From an uncultured bacterium (GTDB taxonomy: Bacteria; Fidelibacterota; Marinisomatia; Marinisomatales; UBA1611), in assembly GCA_943788175.1 (NCBI GenBank), contig CALSPG010000007.1, forward strand, positions 160,001 to 224,000: DNA of 64,000 nucleotides, written 5' to 3'. This document shows positions 27,643 to 38,141 of the stretch, one piece after another. Each line of letters starts with the position of its first letter. Within the stretch, counting starts at the first letter, position 1. The notes under the pieces were generated by a model. That model saw nothing but the letters and a program-made list of their open reading frames with translations, was not told the DNA's origin and made no database searches. Both the position numbers and the translations under genes were made by a program.

Positions 27643-29958
27643 ATGGAGAAAAACAACTTACCATTTTCTTTTTTAAACAAAGAAATTCAATTTTTTCAAC
27701 AAAACTTCAAACAAGTTGGAATTATTTTCCTGCTAGTGTTGTTTATTTCATTTTTATTCCCTGGTGGAGAAACTCTACAATATTCTTACAAGATAAATGA
27801 TATTACTAGGGAGCCAATAATAGCGCCCTTTACTTTTCCTATTTTGAAAACATTCGAAAATTATGAAAAGGATAAAAAAGAAGAAAAAAAATCTGTTGCT
27901 TATATTTTTAACAGAAAACAAGAAGTTGTAAACAGCCAATTAACTGAATTAAATGATTTTTTTGGTTCATTAAATGATTTAAGATCGTCAAAGTGGAGAT
28001 TTAATCAATCAAAGCAACTATACTATGAAAGGAAGTACCATGCTACCGCTGAGAAAGCAAAAAATGAATTCATAGCAGATAGTGCAAGTCTAGAGATGCT
28101 TTCAAATGATTTTCAAAGTAAATACCCATTTACGGCTTTAAAAGATTCATCATGGAATAAATATTTAACAACAAATGAAAATCCAAGAAAACTAAAAGAT
28201 TGGGTTTTACATAAAAATATTGTTAGTCAAATTTGTAAAAATAGATGGTCTGAAGGTATTTATGATATATCAATAGATAGCATAATAAGTAATAAAGTTA
28301 AGATTAATCAAGGTGATGTCCCTATTTTAGCAGAAAAACTTGATTTTAACAGTTTAGAAGTAGCGTGGATAAAAGCAAAAGAAGAGTATATAAATAAGAT
28401 CTCCGGTGAAGACGTTTTTTTTGATATTGGATATGATATAATTGTTGAGCATATGAAACCGAATTTATTATTTAATAGAAAATTAACAGTATCAAATCAA
28501 AGGCTTAATATAAAGCAAGTTCCTAGAAGTAAAGGAGTTGTTTTAGAAAACGAGTTAATTGTTGATGCAAACATTAGAATAACAGAAGGTGTCCTCCAAA
28601 AATTAAATTCACTATCTTTTTCAATCGGGCAATTGAATCAGGATAAGCCTCTAGATAATATCTGGAACTACTTAGGTAGAATTATTCTTATATCTATAGT
28701 AATCTCTCTGTTCTTTACATTTTTGTATATGTATAGAATAGATGTCTTTTCTGATTGGAAAATGATTTTACTGATGTCTATTATAATGTTAATTCAAATG
28801 CTTCTAGCGTATTTAATTATTAATTATTTTCAATTCTCAGAACATTTAGTTCCTGTTTCTGTAGGGGCACTAACATTGACTATTTTATTTGATGCTAGAA
28901 TTGGGTTTATGTCGACAGTTGCTGTATCAATTTTAGTAGGTCTAATGATGGGCCAAAATATTGATTTTGTTATTTCATCTTTGTTTATTTCAACGGTTGG
29001 GGTTTATAACATCCGTGAATTGCGTAAAAGAAGCCAGCTTTTTACAACGATGTTTGCATTGATTGGGGCCAGCATTATTGTGATAATTGCTATTGGATTA
29101 TTTAAAGAACACTCCTGGGCAAAAATTATTTTTGATTTGCAAATATTAACATTAAATAGTTTTTTAGCTCCAATTGTTACTTATGGTTTAATAGGTTTAA
29201 CTGAAATGGTATTTGAAGTCACCACCGATTTAACTTTAATTGAATTACTCGATTACGATAGGCCATTATTAAAAAGAGCCCAAAGAGAAACTAATGGAAC
29301 CTTTAATCATAGCATTGTCGTTGGAAATTTAGCGGAAGCTTGTGCTACCGCGATTGGAGCACATTCATTATTATGCAGGGTTGGAGCCTATTATCATGAC
29401 ATAGGTAAGATGATAAAACCAGATTACTTTATTGAAAACCAATATGCTGCTGATAATAAACATGATGTATTAAAACCAACAATGAGTGCAAAAATTATTA
29501 GAAGTCATGTTAATAACGGGTTGCAACTTGCCAAAGAGTATGGTTTGCCTAAAATCGTTTCTGATTTCATTCCAATGCACCACGGCACGACTAGAGTAGA
29601 ATACTTTTATAGGCAAGCAATAGAAGCTGTTGATGGAGACGAATCAAAAATTGATGAAAGCCAATTCAGGTATCCTGGTCCAAAACCAAATACTAAAGAA
29701 ACGGGAATTTTAATGATATGTGAAGCTATTGAGGCGGCAGTACGTTCAATTAAAAACCCAGATATTATGAAAATCGAAAATATGATTGATAAAATAATAA
29801 AGCAAAGAGTTGACGATGGTCAGTTAAGTGATTGTCCATTAACACTAAATGAGTTAGATAAAATTAAAGGTACTGTTGATGGCAATACAGGAATGCTTCA
29901 TGTTTTAAGGGGTATTTATCACATTCGAATAGAATATCCAGATGATAAAAACCTTTAA
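27643..29958 (+). CDS. pgpH: 7TM-HD (HDIG) phosphohydrolase, PgpH-like cyclic-di-AMP phosphodiesterase
   Basis: Extracytoplasmic domain, about 7 TM segments, then GTFNHS, YYHDIGK, YFIENQ, MHHGT, FRYPGPKP; upstream of ybeY as in other bacteria. The gene symbol is tentative. Confidence 0.85.
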   Translation: MEKNNLPFSFLNKEIQFFQQNFKQVGIIFLLVLFISFLFPGGETLQYSYKINDITREPIIAPFTFPILKTFENYEKDKKEEKKSVAYIFNRKQEVVNSQLTELNDFFGSLNDLRSSKWRFNQSKQLYYERKYHATAEKAKNEFIADSASLEMLSNDFQSKYPFTALKDSSWNKYLTTNENPRKLKDWVLHKNIVSQICKNRWSEGIYDISIDSIISNKVKINQGDVPILAEKLDFNSLEVAWIKAKEEYINKISGEDVFFDIGYDIIVEHMKPNLLFNRKLTVSNQRLNIKQVPRSKGVVLENELIVDANIRITEGVLQKLNSLSFSIGQLNQDKPLDNIWNYLGRIILISIVISLFFTFLYMYRIDVFSDWKMILLMSIIMLIQMLLAYLIINYFQFSEHLVPVSVGALTLTILFDARIGFMSTVAVSILVGLMMGQNIDFVISSLFISTVGVYNIRELRKRSQLFTTMFALIGASIIVIIAIGLFKEHSWAKIIFDLQILTLNSFLAPIVTYGLIGLTEMVFEVTTDLTLIELLDYDRPLLKRAQRETNGTFNHSIVVGNLAEACATAIGAHSLLCRVGAYYHDIGKMIKPDYFIENQYAADNKHDVLKPTMSAKIIRSHVNNGLQLAKEYGLPKIVSDFIPMHHGTTRVEYFYRQAIEAVDGDESKIDESQFRYPGPKPNTKETGILMICEAIEAAVRSIKNPDIMKIENMIDKIIKQRVDDGQLSDCPLTLNELDKIKGTVDGNTGMLHVLRGIYHIRIEYPDDKNL

Positions 29959-29975
29959 TCATTATTATTTATGTA

Positions 29976-30425
29976 ATGAAAAATATTAATGTCTTCACTG
30001 ATCCTAATTATAATGAGCCAAGCAAAAAATTATGTATTTCAATAGTTGAAAATATTTTAGCACATCATAGCAAGTATAATTATGATATTAATATAATTTT
30101 CACTTCAGATGTTCATTTAAGTGATTTAAAAAAACAGTTTTTTTCAACAGATCAGTGGACAGATGTAATAGCATTCCCCTTAAACTCAGAAAATGAAAAC
30201 ACTATTGAAGGCGAAATATATATTAGCATTCCAACAGCAAAAGAAAATGCAGATTTATTCAATCAACATTATAATAAAGAACTCGCAAGGTTAATTGTAC
30301 ATGGAGCATTGCATTTACTAGGTCACGAAGATGATACAATAGCAAAAAAAAAAGACATGGTTAAAAAAGAGGACTTTTTTTTGAAAAATATACTTTGGAG
30401 AAGATTATTTGAAGAACAAAAATGA
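29976..30425 (+). CDS. ybeY: rRNA maturation endoribonuclease YbeY
   Basis: TDVIAFP, GEIYIS, HGALHLLGHED (HxxxHxxG) motif. Confidence 0.93.
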   Translation: MKNINVFTDPNYNEPSKKLCISIVENILAHHSKYNYDINIIFTSDVHLSDLKKQFFSTDQWTDVIAFPLNSENENTIEGEIYISIPTAKENADLFNQHYNKELARLIVHGALHLLGHEDDTIAKKKDMVKKEDFFLKNILWRRLFEEQK

Positions 30426-31197
30426 TAATGAGACTGATACAAAATTAGAGGAACTTGTCAAAATAGTAAAAACTCTAAGAAGTCCAAAAGGTTGTGAGTG
30501 GGATAATGTTCAGACAAGCAGTTCGTTGGTTCCTTTTTTTATTGAGGAGGTATATGAATTAATTGAAGGGATAGATAAAAAAGATAATAAAAATATTCGA
30601 GAAGAGCTTGGTGATGTTCTGCTGCACATAGTTTTTCAATCTCAGATTGCATCGGAAGAAATGAACTTTAATATCAATAATGTTATCGAGGACCTGAATA
30701 TTAAACTTATTAATAGACATCCTCATATATTCAAAAATTTTGATGGTAAAATATCTTCTTCAAAGATGAATTCTTGGGAAAAACAGAAACAAAAACAAAA
30801 AGGAAGAAATTCAAGGTTAGATGGCGTTCCTGCTATTTTACCATCTATTGTATCATCTCAAAGAATTCAGGATAAAGCATCTTCTGCTGGTTTTGATTGG
30901 GATAAGATTAGCGAAGTATGGGAAAAATTAGATGAAGAATTGATTGAGCTGAAAGAGGCGCAAAGTCTGGATAATTTTGATAATATTGAATCGGAAATAG
31001 GTGATGTTTTATTTACAATGGTTAATTTAAGTCGTTTTTTTGGTATATCAGCAGAAAATGCTCTAAGGAAGTCAAATAAAAAGTTTATAAATCGTTTTCA
31101 AAAGCTTGAAAAAAAAATAAATAAATCAAACAAAAATATAGAAGATTATTCTAAAAGAGAACTAAATGATATTTGGGATGAAGTTAAAAAGAGCTGA
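30409..31197 (+). CDS. mazG: Nucleoside triphosphate pyrophosphohydrolase MazG
   Basis: LRSPKGCEWD, EEVYE, EELGDVLL, RHPHIF, AGFDW, EIGDVLF tandem MazG domains. Confidence 0.95.
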   Translation: MKNKNDNETDTKLEELVKIVKTLRSPKGCEWDNVQTSSSLVPFFIEEVYELIEGIDKKDNKNIREELGDVLLHIVFQSQIASEEMNFNINNVIEDLNIKLINRHPHIFKNFDGKISSSKMNSWEKQKQKQKGRNSRLDGVPAILPSIVSSQRIQDKASSAGFDWDKISEVWEKLDEELIELKEAQSLDNFDNIESEIGDVLFTMVNLSRFFGISAENALRKSNKKFINRFQKLEKKINKSNKNIEDYSKRELNDIWDEVKKS

Positions 31198-31198
31198 A

Positions 31199-31618
31199 TT
31201 ATTCACCGTTTATTGTAGCCTTAATACTTCTTTCACTAACGTTATTTCGGTGCTCACAAAAGTAAACTCCTTGCCACATACCTAATTTCAGGTTTCCGCT
31301 GTTAATTGGTATAGATAAAGAGTTCCCAAGCATAGATGTTTTTAAATGCGCGGACATATCATCTTCTCCTTCGATTGTATCTATGTAATATTGATTCCCC
31401 TCAGTTACCATTTTATTAAAATGATATTCAAAATCATTTCTAACTCTATCCTCTGTATTCTCATTTATAGTTAAAGATACTGAGGTATGTCTCATAAAAG
31501 GTTGTAATACTCCAATGTTAAAATTTTTTATTTCTGGAGGAGACTTTACTATATCATCAGTTATTAAATGGAACGCTCTAATTTTATTATTTATAGTAAT
31601 ATCTTTTTGTACCCACAT
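31199..31618 (-). CDS. yjbQ: YjbQ/UPF0047-family protein (divergent)
   Basis: HTSVSLTINEN, EGEDDMSAHLK, LGMWQGVYFCEHR match the family pattern with several substitutions. Confidence 0.85.
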   Translation of the reverse strand: MWVQKDITINNKIRAFHLITDDIVKSPPEIKNFNIGVLQPFMRHTSVSLTINENTEDRVRNDFEYHFNKMVTEGNQYYIDTIEGEDDMSAHLKTSMLGNSLSIPINSGNLKLGMWQGVYFCEHRNNVSERSIKATINGE

Positions 31619-31628
31619 ATTTTATGAA

Positions 31629-32888
31629 TTATGTCTTTTTTTCTTTTTTTCTTGCTGCTGGGAAGAGAATATTATTTAATATTAACCTGTACCCTGGCGA
31701 GTTCCTATGAAGAGATAAATCTGTAGGGGGGTCGCCAACAAAATGTTGATAATCTTCTGGATCATGGCCACCATAAAAAGTATAGGTACCTTTCCCGAAA
31801 TTGCCATGAAGATATTTGGCCTGCACAGAAGAAGGATCTTCGCCTAAAATAATCACATGATTTTTAATCATATTTTTATTAAAGCCCGTAGTTTGCCCCA
31901 TAAAACCCTTGACAATAGGAACATGATTTTGAGTTAACATTGTTGGCACAGGATCGTATTTAGCTGAAAACTCAAATAAAGAAAAATAGTCGGCTTCAGC
32001 ACCTCTAGTTATTGGATTGTGGCTAGGAGGATAGTCTATGTTTGAAAACTCGTAAACCATCGGGTCTGAATAGATTGAAAAATCTTTGAAAGCCAAAGTT
32101 TTAGAAAAATCTATTTTTTTGGGGAGATTTTTGTCCACAGGAGTACCATCAAATACGCTGTGAACGCCATCAATACCCTCTAATGATAGTGCGATGTCAT
32201 AAGAATCAGTTGCTGAACACATAGCAAATAAAAACCCTCCATTTGATATATAACTTTTGATTATTCTAGAGATTGTCTTCTTTTCTTCGTGGACACTAAC
32301 TATACCATATTTTTCAGCTAATGATTCAAATCTATTTTTCTGTTCAATATACCATGGAGCATTATGATAATTACGGTAGAATTTTCCATACTGGCCTGTA
32401 AAATCTTCATGATGAAGGTGAAGCCAGTCATAATTTTCTAAACCATTGTTCAAGACTTCTTCATCCCATAATGTTTCATAATCTACTTCAGCATAAGTTA
32501 GAGCAAGGGTAACTGCATCATCCCAAGGTTGCTTATTTGGGGGAGTGTAGATAGCAATCTTGGGCGCTTTTTCTAGGATCACAATATCCATATTATTTTT
32601 TTCTATTGTAGAGTAGATATCTACAATTTCATTATTTATTTCTACATAAGAAACTCCTCTAATTTTACATTCAGTTTTAATTGAGGCCTGGCCATCAATT
32701 AAAAAAGCTCCACCTTGAAAATTTAATAACCATTCTACATTTATATTTCTTTTTAATGCATAGAATGCTATGCCATAAGACTTTAGATGATCATTTTGAG
32801 TTTGATCCATTGGGATAAGAATTTTTTGGCAAAAAATAGTTCCCGTTATAAATAAGCATGTTATTAAACTTTTATTAAATTTTTTCAT
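31629..32888 (-). CDS. Conserved exported protein with a class I glutamine-amidotransferase-like domain (family often labelled asparagine synthetase B in Bacteroidetes)
   Basis: Signal peptide; LIPMD..Q.DHLKSYG, QPWDDAVTL, WLHLHHEDFTGQYGKF, GGFLFAMCSATD, GGHDPEDYQH, SPGYRLILNN. Confidence 0.7.
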   Translation of the reverse strand: MKKFNKSLITCLFITGTIFCQKILIPMDQTQNDHLKSYGIAFYALKRNINVEWLLNFQGGAFLIDGQASIKTECKIRGVSYVEINNEIVDIYSTIEKNNMDIVILEKAPKIAIYTPPNKQPWDDAVTLALTYAEVDYETLWDEEVLNNGLENYDWLHLHHEDFTGQYGKFYRNYHNAPWYIEQKNRFESLAEKYGIVSVHEEKKTISRIIKSYISNGGFLFAMCSATDSYDIALSLEGIDGVHSVFDGTPVDKNLPKKIDFSKTLAFKDFSIYSDPMVYEFSNIDYPPSHNPITRGAEADYFSLFEFSAKYDPVPTMLTQNHVPIVKGFMGQTTGFNKNMIKNHVIILGEDPSSVQAKYLHGNFGKGTYTFYGGHDPEDYQHFVGDPPTDLSLHRNSPGYRLILNNILFPAARKKEKKT

Positions 32889-34734
32889 CGCTTTTAAGCT
32901 TTCTTATATGGTATCTAATTGGTTCAGAAAAAATTGAATTTGGGAATTCGTTAATTACTTTCATATAGTGTCTCATTGCTATTTGTTTATCATGATATAT
33001 CTGTTCGTATATTTGTCCAGACATCACTTCACCTCTATCTGAGTAAATTGTATTTTTTAATTTTGTCAGTAAGTCTAAGGCCTCATTATATTTATCTAAT
33101 TTTGTTAAAATAATTGTTCTTCTTAAGCAAAGTAACGGGAAGAGCTTTTGTTCTTCATTTTGTTTAATTATGTATTTAAGTAATTGATTTGCTTCAGAAA
33201 TTTTTCTTTGCTTTAATAATGATTCTGACTTCAAGTATTTTATAAAACCTTCCTTACTTTTTTCATCAACCTCGACATAATAAAAATTTATAATATCTCT
33301 TAACTCCATTAGATCATTGAAATATTTATTTGTTGGCATTATTGTTAAAAATATTTCATTAATCATAATCAATGCTGTGTCTGGTCTTCCTGAAAATAGA
33401 TGCGTTTCTACTAATTTATTTTTTATTTCTAATGTTTGGTGAGTATTATACATTGAATCTAAAAACGAGATTGCCGTAGTAAAGTCGCCTTTTGCTTGTA
33501 GGACATCTGCAATCCTCAGTATAGTCTGTTGCTCGAGTGTTTTTGTTAATGACTTTGATAAAGCTGATTTATATAAAATGTAAGCTTTATCAAAGTCTTC
33601 AATTACTCTATATTGTATTTCGGCTAGACGAAACTCTGCTTCTGAAGCTAAAGAAGATTCTGGTATTGATGTTAAAACTGAATCATAAATTGAGAGACTC
33701 GAAGTCAAGTTTTCTGAAGAAATATTTGTGGACAGTTGGAATAAGTCTTCAAAGAAAATATTATCATTATAAAAATAGGGTATTAAATCGTTGCTCTTGG
33801 TTGGAAAAATTTGATCCTCAAACGTTTTTGCTAAACCTAATAATCCTTCACCATATTGATATCCTTTTAGGTTGTTTTTCAAGGTAAACTGATATGCTTT
33901 GATTGACAACAAATATTCATTTTCTTTTCTCAAATTATTTCCAAATGATAGCCATTTTTTTGCATTAAATGGTTCGCTTTTACTTAGTTCTATCAAAGCA
34001 TTAAAAGATTTTTGGAACTCACGGTGTTTAAAATAGTGGTTAGAGAGTATGGGTAAAGCAATCGAAGGTTGTCTTAGACTTGTTTCTAGTAACTTCATTT
34101 CAATAGTGTTTTTTGAATTAAAATCATCGCTCATTACTAGAATTTTTCGTGCGACTGTTGAAGATCTACCGGGATTAGATAATAATGAAGCAAGATACTC
34201 TTCTATTGCCTTATCATATTCGTTCCTTTTTTGATAATAATTCCCTAATTCTATTGATAAAAAACTTTTATCAAAGTTATTTCTCCCTGATTCTATCAGT
34301 TGAAAAACTTCAGTACTTAAGCTATATTTATCATAAATAGAAAATAATAACCTATGGAAAGAGCGGTTATTTTTAAAAAGAACTAACCCCTCAGCCCAGG
34401 TAGCTTTAGCTTTTACAATATTTTCATTTAAAAAATAAAACTCACCTAGTTCTATCTTTAATTGAATATCTTTTGAGTTTTTGGATAATTGATAAATTAG
34501 AAAATTAATCCCCTCATTGTACCTTTGGCTTTTTTTATAAAGGTTCTTCAAACTGCGAATTACTTGATAGTTGTTTGGACTTTTACTCAAGATGTCGTTG
34601 TAAACAAATATGGCTGAATCCCAGTTTTGTTGGATTTCATACATTCTTGCTGTTTTGATAGACGCGCTATATTGACCAATCAGCATGGATAAAAATAAGA
34701 TTTGACTTAATATTTTAACGATTAATAATCGCAT
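32875..34734 (-). CDS. Exported tetratricopeptide-repeat protein
   Basis: Signal-like N-terminus, many TPR-like helix pairs (ELGNYYQKRNEYDKAIEEYL; AEFRLAEIQY; KVINEFPNSIF). Confidence 0.8.
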   Translation of the reverse strand: MRLLIVKILSQILFLSMLIGQYSASIKTARMYEIQQNWDSAIFVYNDILSKSPNNYQVIRSLKNLYKKSQRYNEGINFLIYQLSKNSKDIQLKIELGEFYFLNENIVKAKATWAEGLVLFKNNRSFHRLLFSIYDKYSLSTEVFQLIESGRNNFDKSFLSIELGNYYQKRNEYDKAIEEYLASLLSNPGRSSTVARKILVMSDDFNSKNTIEMKLLETSLRQPSIALPILSNHYFKHREFQKSFNALIELSKSEPFNAKKWLSFGNNLRKENEYLLSIKAYQFTLKNNLKGYQYGEGLLGLAKTFEDQIFPTKSNDLIPYFYNDNIFFEDLFQLSTNISSENLTSSLSIYDSVLTSIPESSLASEAEFRLAEIQYRVIEDFDKAYILYKSALSKSLTKTLEQQTILRIADVLQAKGDFTTAISFLDSMYNTHQTLEIKNKLVETHLFSGRPDTALIMINEIFLTIMPTNKYFNDLMELRDIINFYYVEVDEKSKEGFIKYLKSESLLKQRKISEANQLLKYIIKQNEEQKLFPLLCLRRTIILTKLDKYNEALDLLTKLKNTIYSDRGEVMSGQIYEQIYHDKQIAMRHYMKVINEFPNSIFSEPIRYHIRKLKSDEKI

Positions 34735-37700
34735 CTTGCTTAATGGTTGGTTTTATTTGGCTCAAAGAATTAAAATATCTCTTTATCATTTTTTGGTATC
34801 CTCTACTGTAACCTGAGTTTAGAGATCGATTTAAAGCTTCTAATGCAAGATTTTCGCGCTGTCCCAAGCTAAGGGATAGATTTTTTGATGATGAGTGTGT
34901 ATACGTGCTATTTGCGGTGTAGGACTTTCGCTTTTCCTTGTACCCTCTTTGTGTTAATGATGTTTGACTATCAAGCATTCTAGATAAAATTCTACGTTGC
35001 TTATCTTTAGTCTTTTTATTGTATTTTAATTTTGATAAATCAGATATAACATCGTCAACGTCATTAGAAATTCCTTTTAAATCTCCTTGCCCATTTTTTT
35101 CTCCGGATTGCATCATCTCTTTTATCAATTTTTGCAAAGATTTTTGAACATTTTTTTGCCCTTGTAACATCGATTGTAATATCTGCTGCTTAGCAGACTC
35201 TGAAAGCTGACCCATGCCCATACCTGTTCCCTGCTGATTAAGGCTTTGTTGTTGACCTGCCATTTGCTGCATCATTTTTAAAAATTGCTCAAAACCGCTA
35301 GCAGAACCTGAAGATTGCATTTGTTGAATACTTTTAAAAAGACTTAATGCTGCAGTATTGAGTCCTTTCATTGCAAGTTCTTGATTATTAATTGCATTTC
35401 GTATGTTCCTGTTTGTTAATTCTGATTTTGTTTTTTCAATAGAGTTGTTGACTCCACCAATCGCTTTTCCAATTTCAGGGGTTATTGAAAATGTTTCTTT
35501 AGATAACTCAACCATATTCTTGGTAGTTTGCCTCAATTGATCTTGTATAAGTTGCTGTCTATATGCCATTGTTTTTAATTGTGAAGAGTTCCTAGATAGC
35601 AGAGCTGTTTCCTCTTTTATGTCTTCTTGTACTTTTGATAAGTATAAAACATCTCGCATTATTTTTGCTAATTTTGTTGCCATTTCTGAGACTGTTTCAT
35701 TTTGAAATTCTTTTTGAAGCATCGAAAGCTCATTTTGAAGATTATGTAAGTTATTTAATGATTTTTGGCTAGATGATTTTGCGCTTTTATTCTTTTGCAA
35801 GTTTGAAATAGTATTTTCTATATTGGTTTTTGCATTTTTATAATTGGCGCTAGTGCTCAATTCCTGAAGCTTATCAGCTGACGTTTTACTAAATGGTTCA
35901 ATAAGCTCAGATGCAGTTTTGATTTCAGCATTTAATTTCTTTAATTCATTAAGTAGCCTAGATTCTTCTTGCGCGATTCTTTGAATATTATTTTTATCTG
36001 GAAGAGATTCAGCATCTTTAATGTCTCCATCAAGTTTACTTTTTTGTTGAGTTAACTTTTCTAACCTATTTTTTAATTCATCTAATTTTTGTTCTGCTTT
36101 CAACCTCTTAAAAATATCAATATATCTATCAAGCTCAGATTCTATTTCTGCAATATTACTTGCCATTTTTTCTAAAGATTTTTGCAAATCTTCTAAGTCC
36201 ATTTCTTCGAGCGAATTTTGGAGTTCATTTAGATCGCTCAGAATGTCTTCTGGAATGATTTCATTAATTAAGTTTGAAAGTTCTTTGAATTTTTCTGATA
36301 AGTCGGGAATGAGAAGGTTATGTTTCTCGCTTTCTTCCATCAAGCTTTCCATTGCGTTTGAAATGCTTTTTATTCGCTCAAGTTCATCTTTTGCTTTTGA
36401 GACCATTTCTTTAATTTTCTGTTGATCTTCCCACTCTAATTCATCTTCGGTTTTTAAAACATTCAACTCCATTTTTTCTAATTGTTCTTTTAAGTTAATT
36501 AGCTCATCTACACTATCATTGAGTTGATCTTCAATATTTTCTTCTTCACTTTCCATTTCTTTATATAAATCAGCAAGAGAAGGAACCTTAGCGATTAGTT
36601 TTTCTGATATCGTTTTTTTTGGCCCTGATATATTGTCATTATCTGTAAGTTCTAAATGGTAATGAACTTCATCGTCTGGCATAAGCATTATTTCAGATAA
36701 ATCCCAAGGCGTTTTTATATTTTGGTAATTAGTGTCTTGATCAAGATCTGGGATTATGAACATTGCGATATAGGGTTCTACATTTAAATATTTTGGTCTA
36801 ATAACTTCATAAGCTAATTGGAGTTTATCAAAACCAAAGTCGTCTTTTATTTCTAAATCAAATGGTATTATTTGATTATTCCCTAGTGTTATTAATCGAC
36901 CGGGGTTTTTTATCTTTATGGTTGGCTTAAAGTCAGATAGAATGTTTATTTTGTATTCAATTGGGTCTCTGTTTGTAATTCCTCTAGGGTCAACTATATA
37001 AACTGAAAAGTGGCCATCACTTTTTAAATTAAATCCTCCGAGTGCAGTATTTTCAAAAGTTCTTAAATATTTTATTGAATCGTTATGTTTTATAAAACTG
37101 GATTTGAGCATTCTATTACTTAATAAGTTTATTTTCATCTCAGACCCTCTTAGAGCTTGGACTGAGGCGATGCTCCCATCAAGCGTTTCAGATGGCAGTT
37201 TTGAATAAGAGGGCGGAATTATAAGAATTTCAAATTCCTCAAATTTTGGTCTATCTGTAACAAAAATTGTATCAGGTGTTGAGGTAACAGATTTCCAAGC
37301 TTCATAAAAATATTCTGCATTTACAATTGCCTTGTATGCATAATCTTGGAACAGCTCTGGTAATTGAAATTGATAAAAACCATTTTCATCTCTTTCAGTT
37401 TTAAGCGTAATGGTAGCTGAATCGCGTTTGCTTGTAGATATTTGTGTTGGTGTTAGACTTAAAAAAATAGAATCTGGAGTTGAGCCCTCGGAAATAATTG
37501 TAACTGAGATTTTTTCACCTCCAAGAATATTTTGATTTTTAGTCAAGCTGTATAACTGGAAGGGTTTTGGAGCATAAAACTTTTCATTATAGTTTTTCCA
37601 TCTGTAGAATGACTTCCCACTTTGTTTAGAAAATATGGATAAAGCCATAATAGATAAAAACATGATGACAAACGTAATCATTTTTATGTTTAAAAGAGGC

Positions 37701-38140
37701 TTTTTATCTATGAGATTGCTTGGAATGTGATTTTGCATTTTTTTTGCAACTTCTCTAGTAAAATTATTTGCGAGCTCATTAGATTGACTTTTGTTTTTTG
37801 AAGTTTCAATTTGGAATGCATTTAAAGCAGTGTCTGCATTTTTAGGAAAAATATTTTTACCAATTATTTTTGCAAGTGTTACCGAAGTGTAGCTTTTAAA
37901 ATAATTATGTTTTACTAGAAATAAAAAACCCCCAATGAAGAAAACAGTTATGGTAGACATAATAAAAATAATTCTGATAATTATTTTTTTTGTTTCAGGG
38001 GAAAAGTAAAAAACTGATTCAAGTAATATCAGACATAGCGAAGTTGAAATAATAATTATGACAAATAAAAACAGGGCACTAAACAAATCTGTTTTGAGTT
38101 TTTCTTGTTTTAACGACTTTAAATAACTCGATATTTTCAT
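34715..38140 (-). CDS. DUF4175-like large membrane-anchored coiled-coil protein
   Basis: N-terminal TM segments, Ig-like region (PPSYSKLP, DDFGF, DNDNISGPK), long Q/E-rich coiled coil, RILSRMLD and YFNSL C-terminal motifs. Confidence 0.7.
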   Translation of the reverse strand: MKISSYLKSLKQEKLKTDLFSALFLFVIIIISTSLCLILLESVFYFSPETKKIIIRIIFIMSTITVFFIGGFLFLVKHNYFKSYTSVTLAKIIGKNIFPKNADTALNAFQIETSKNKSQSNELANNFTREVAKKMQNHIPSNLIDKKPLLNIKMITFVIMFLSIMALSIFSKQSGKSFYRWKNYNEKFYAPKPFQLYSLTKNQNILGGEKISVTIISEGSTPDSIFLSLTPTQISTSKRDSATITLKTERDENGFYQFQLPELFQDYAYKAIVNAEYFYEAWKSVTSTPDTIFVTDRPKFEEFEILIIPPSYSKLPSETLDGSIASVQALRGSEMKINLLSNRMLKSSFIKHNDSIKYLRTFENTALGGFNLKSDGHFSVYIVDPRGITNRDPIEYKINILSDFKPTIKIKNPGRLITLGNNQIIPFDLEIKDDFGFDKLQLAYEVIRPKYLNVEPYIAMFIIPDLDQDTNYQNIKTPWDLSEIMLMPDDEVHYHLELTDNDNISGPKKTISEKLIAKVPSLADLYKEMESEEENIEDQLNDSVDELINLKEQLEKMELNVLKTEDELEWEDQQKIKEMVSKAKDELERIKSISNAMESLMEESEKHNLLIPDLSEKFKELSNLINEIIPEDILSDLNELQNSLEEMDLEDLQKSLEKMASNIAEIESELDRYIDIFKRLKAEQKLDELKNRLEKLTQQKSKLDGDIKDAESLPDKNNIQRIAQEESRLLNELKKLNAEIKTASELIEPFSKTSADKLQELSTSANYKNAKTNIENTISNLQKNKSAKSSSQKSLNNLHNLQNELSMLQKEFQNETVSEMATKLAKIMRDVLYLSKVQEDIKEETALLSRNSSQLKTMAYRQQLIQDQLRQTTKNMVELSKETFSITPEIGKAIGGVNNSIEKTKSELTNRNIRNAINNQELAMKGLNTAALSLFKSIQQMQSSGSASGFEQFLKMMQQMAGQQQSLNQQGTGMGMGQLSESAKQQILQSMLQGQKNVQKSLQKLIKEMMQSGEKNGQGDLKGISNDVDDVISDLSKLKYNKKTKDKQRRILSRMLDSQTSLTQRGYKEKRKSYTANSTYTHSSSKNLSLSLGQRENLALEALNRSLNSGYSRGYQKMIKRYFNSLSQIKPTIKQDAIINR

Positions 38141-38141
38141 A

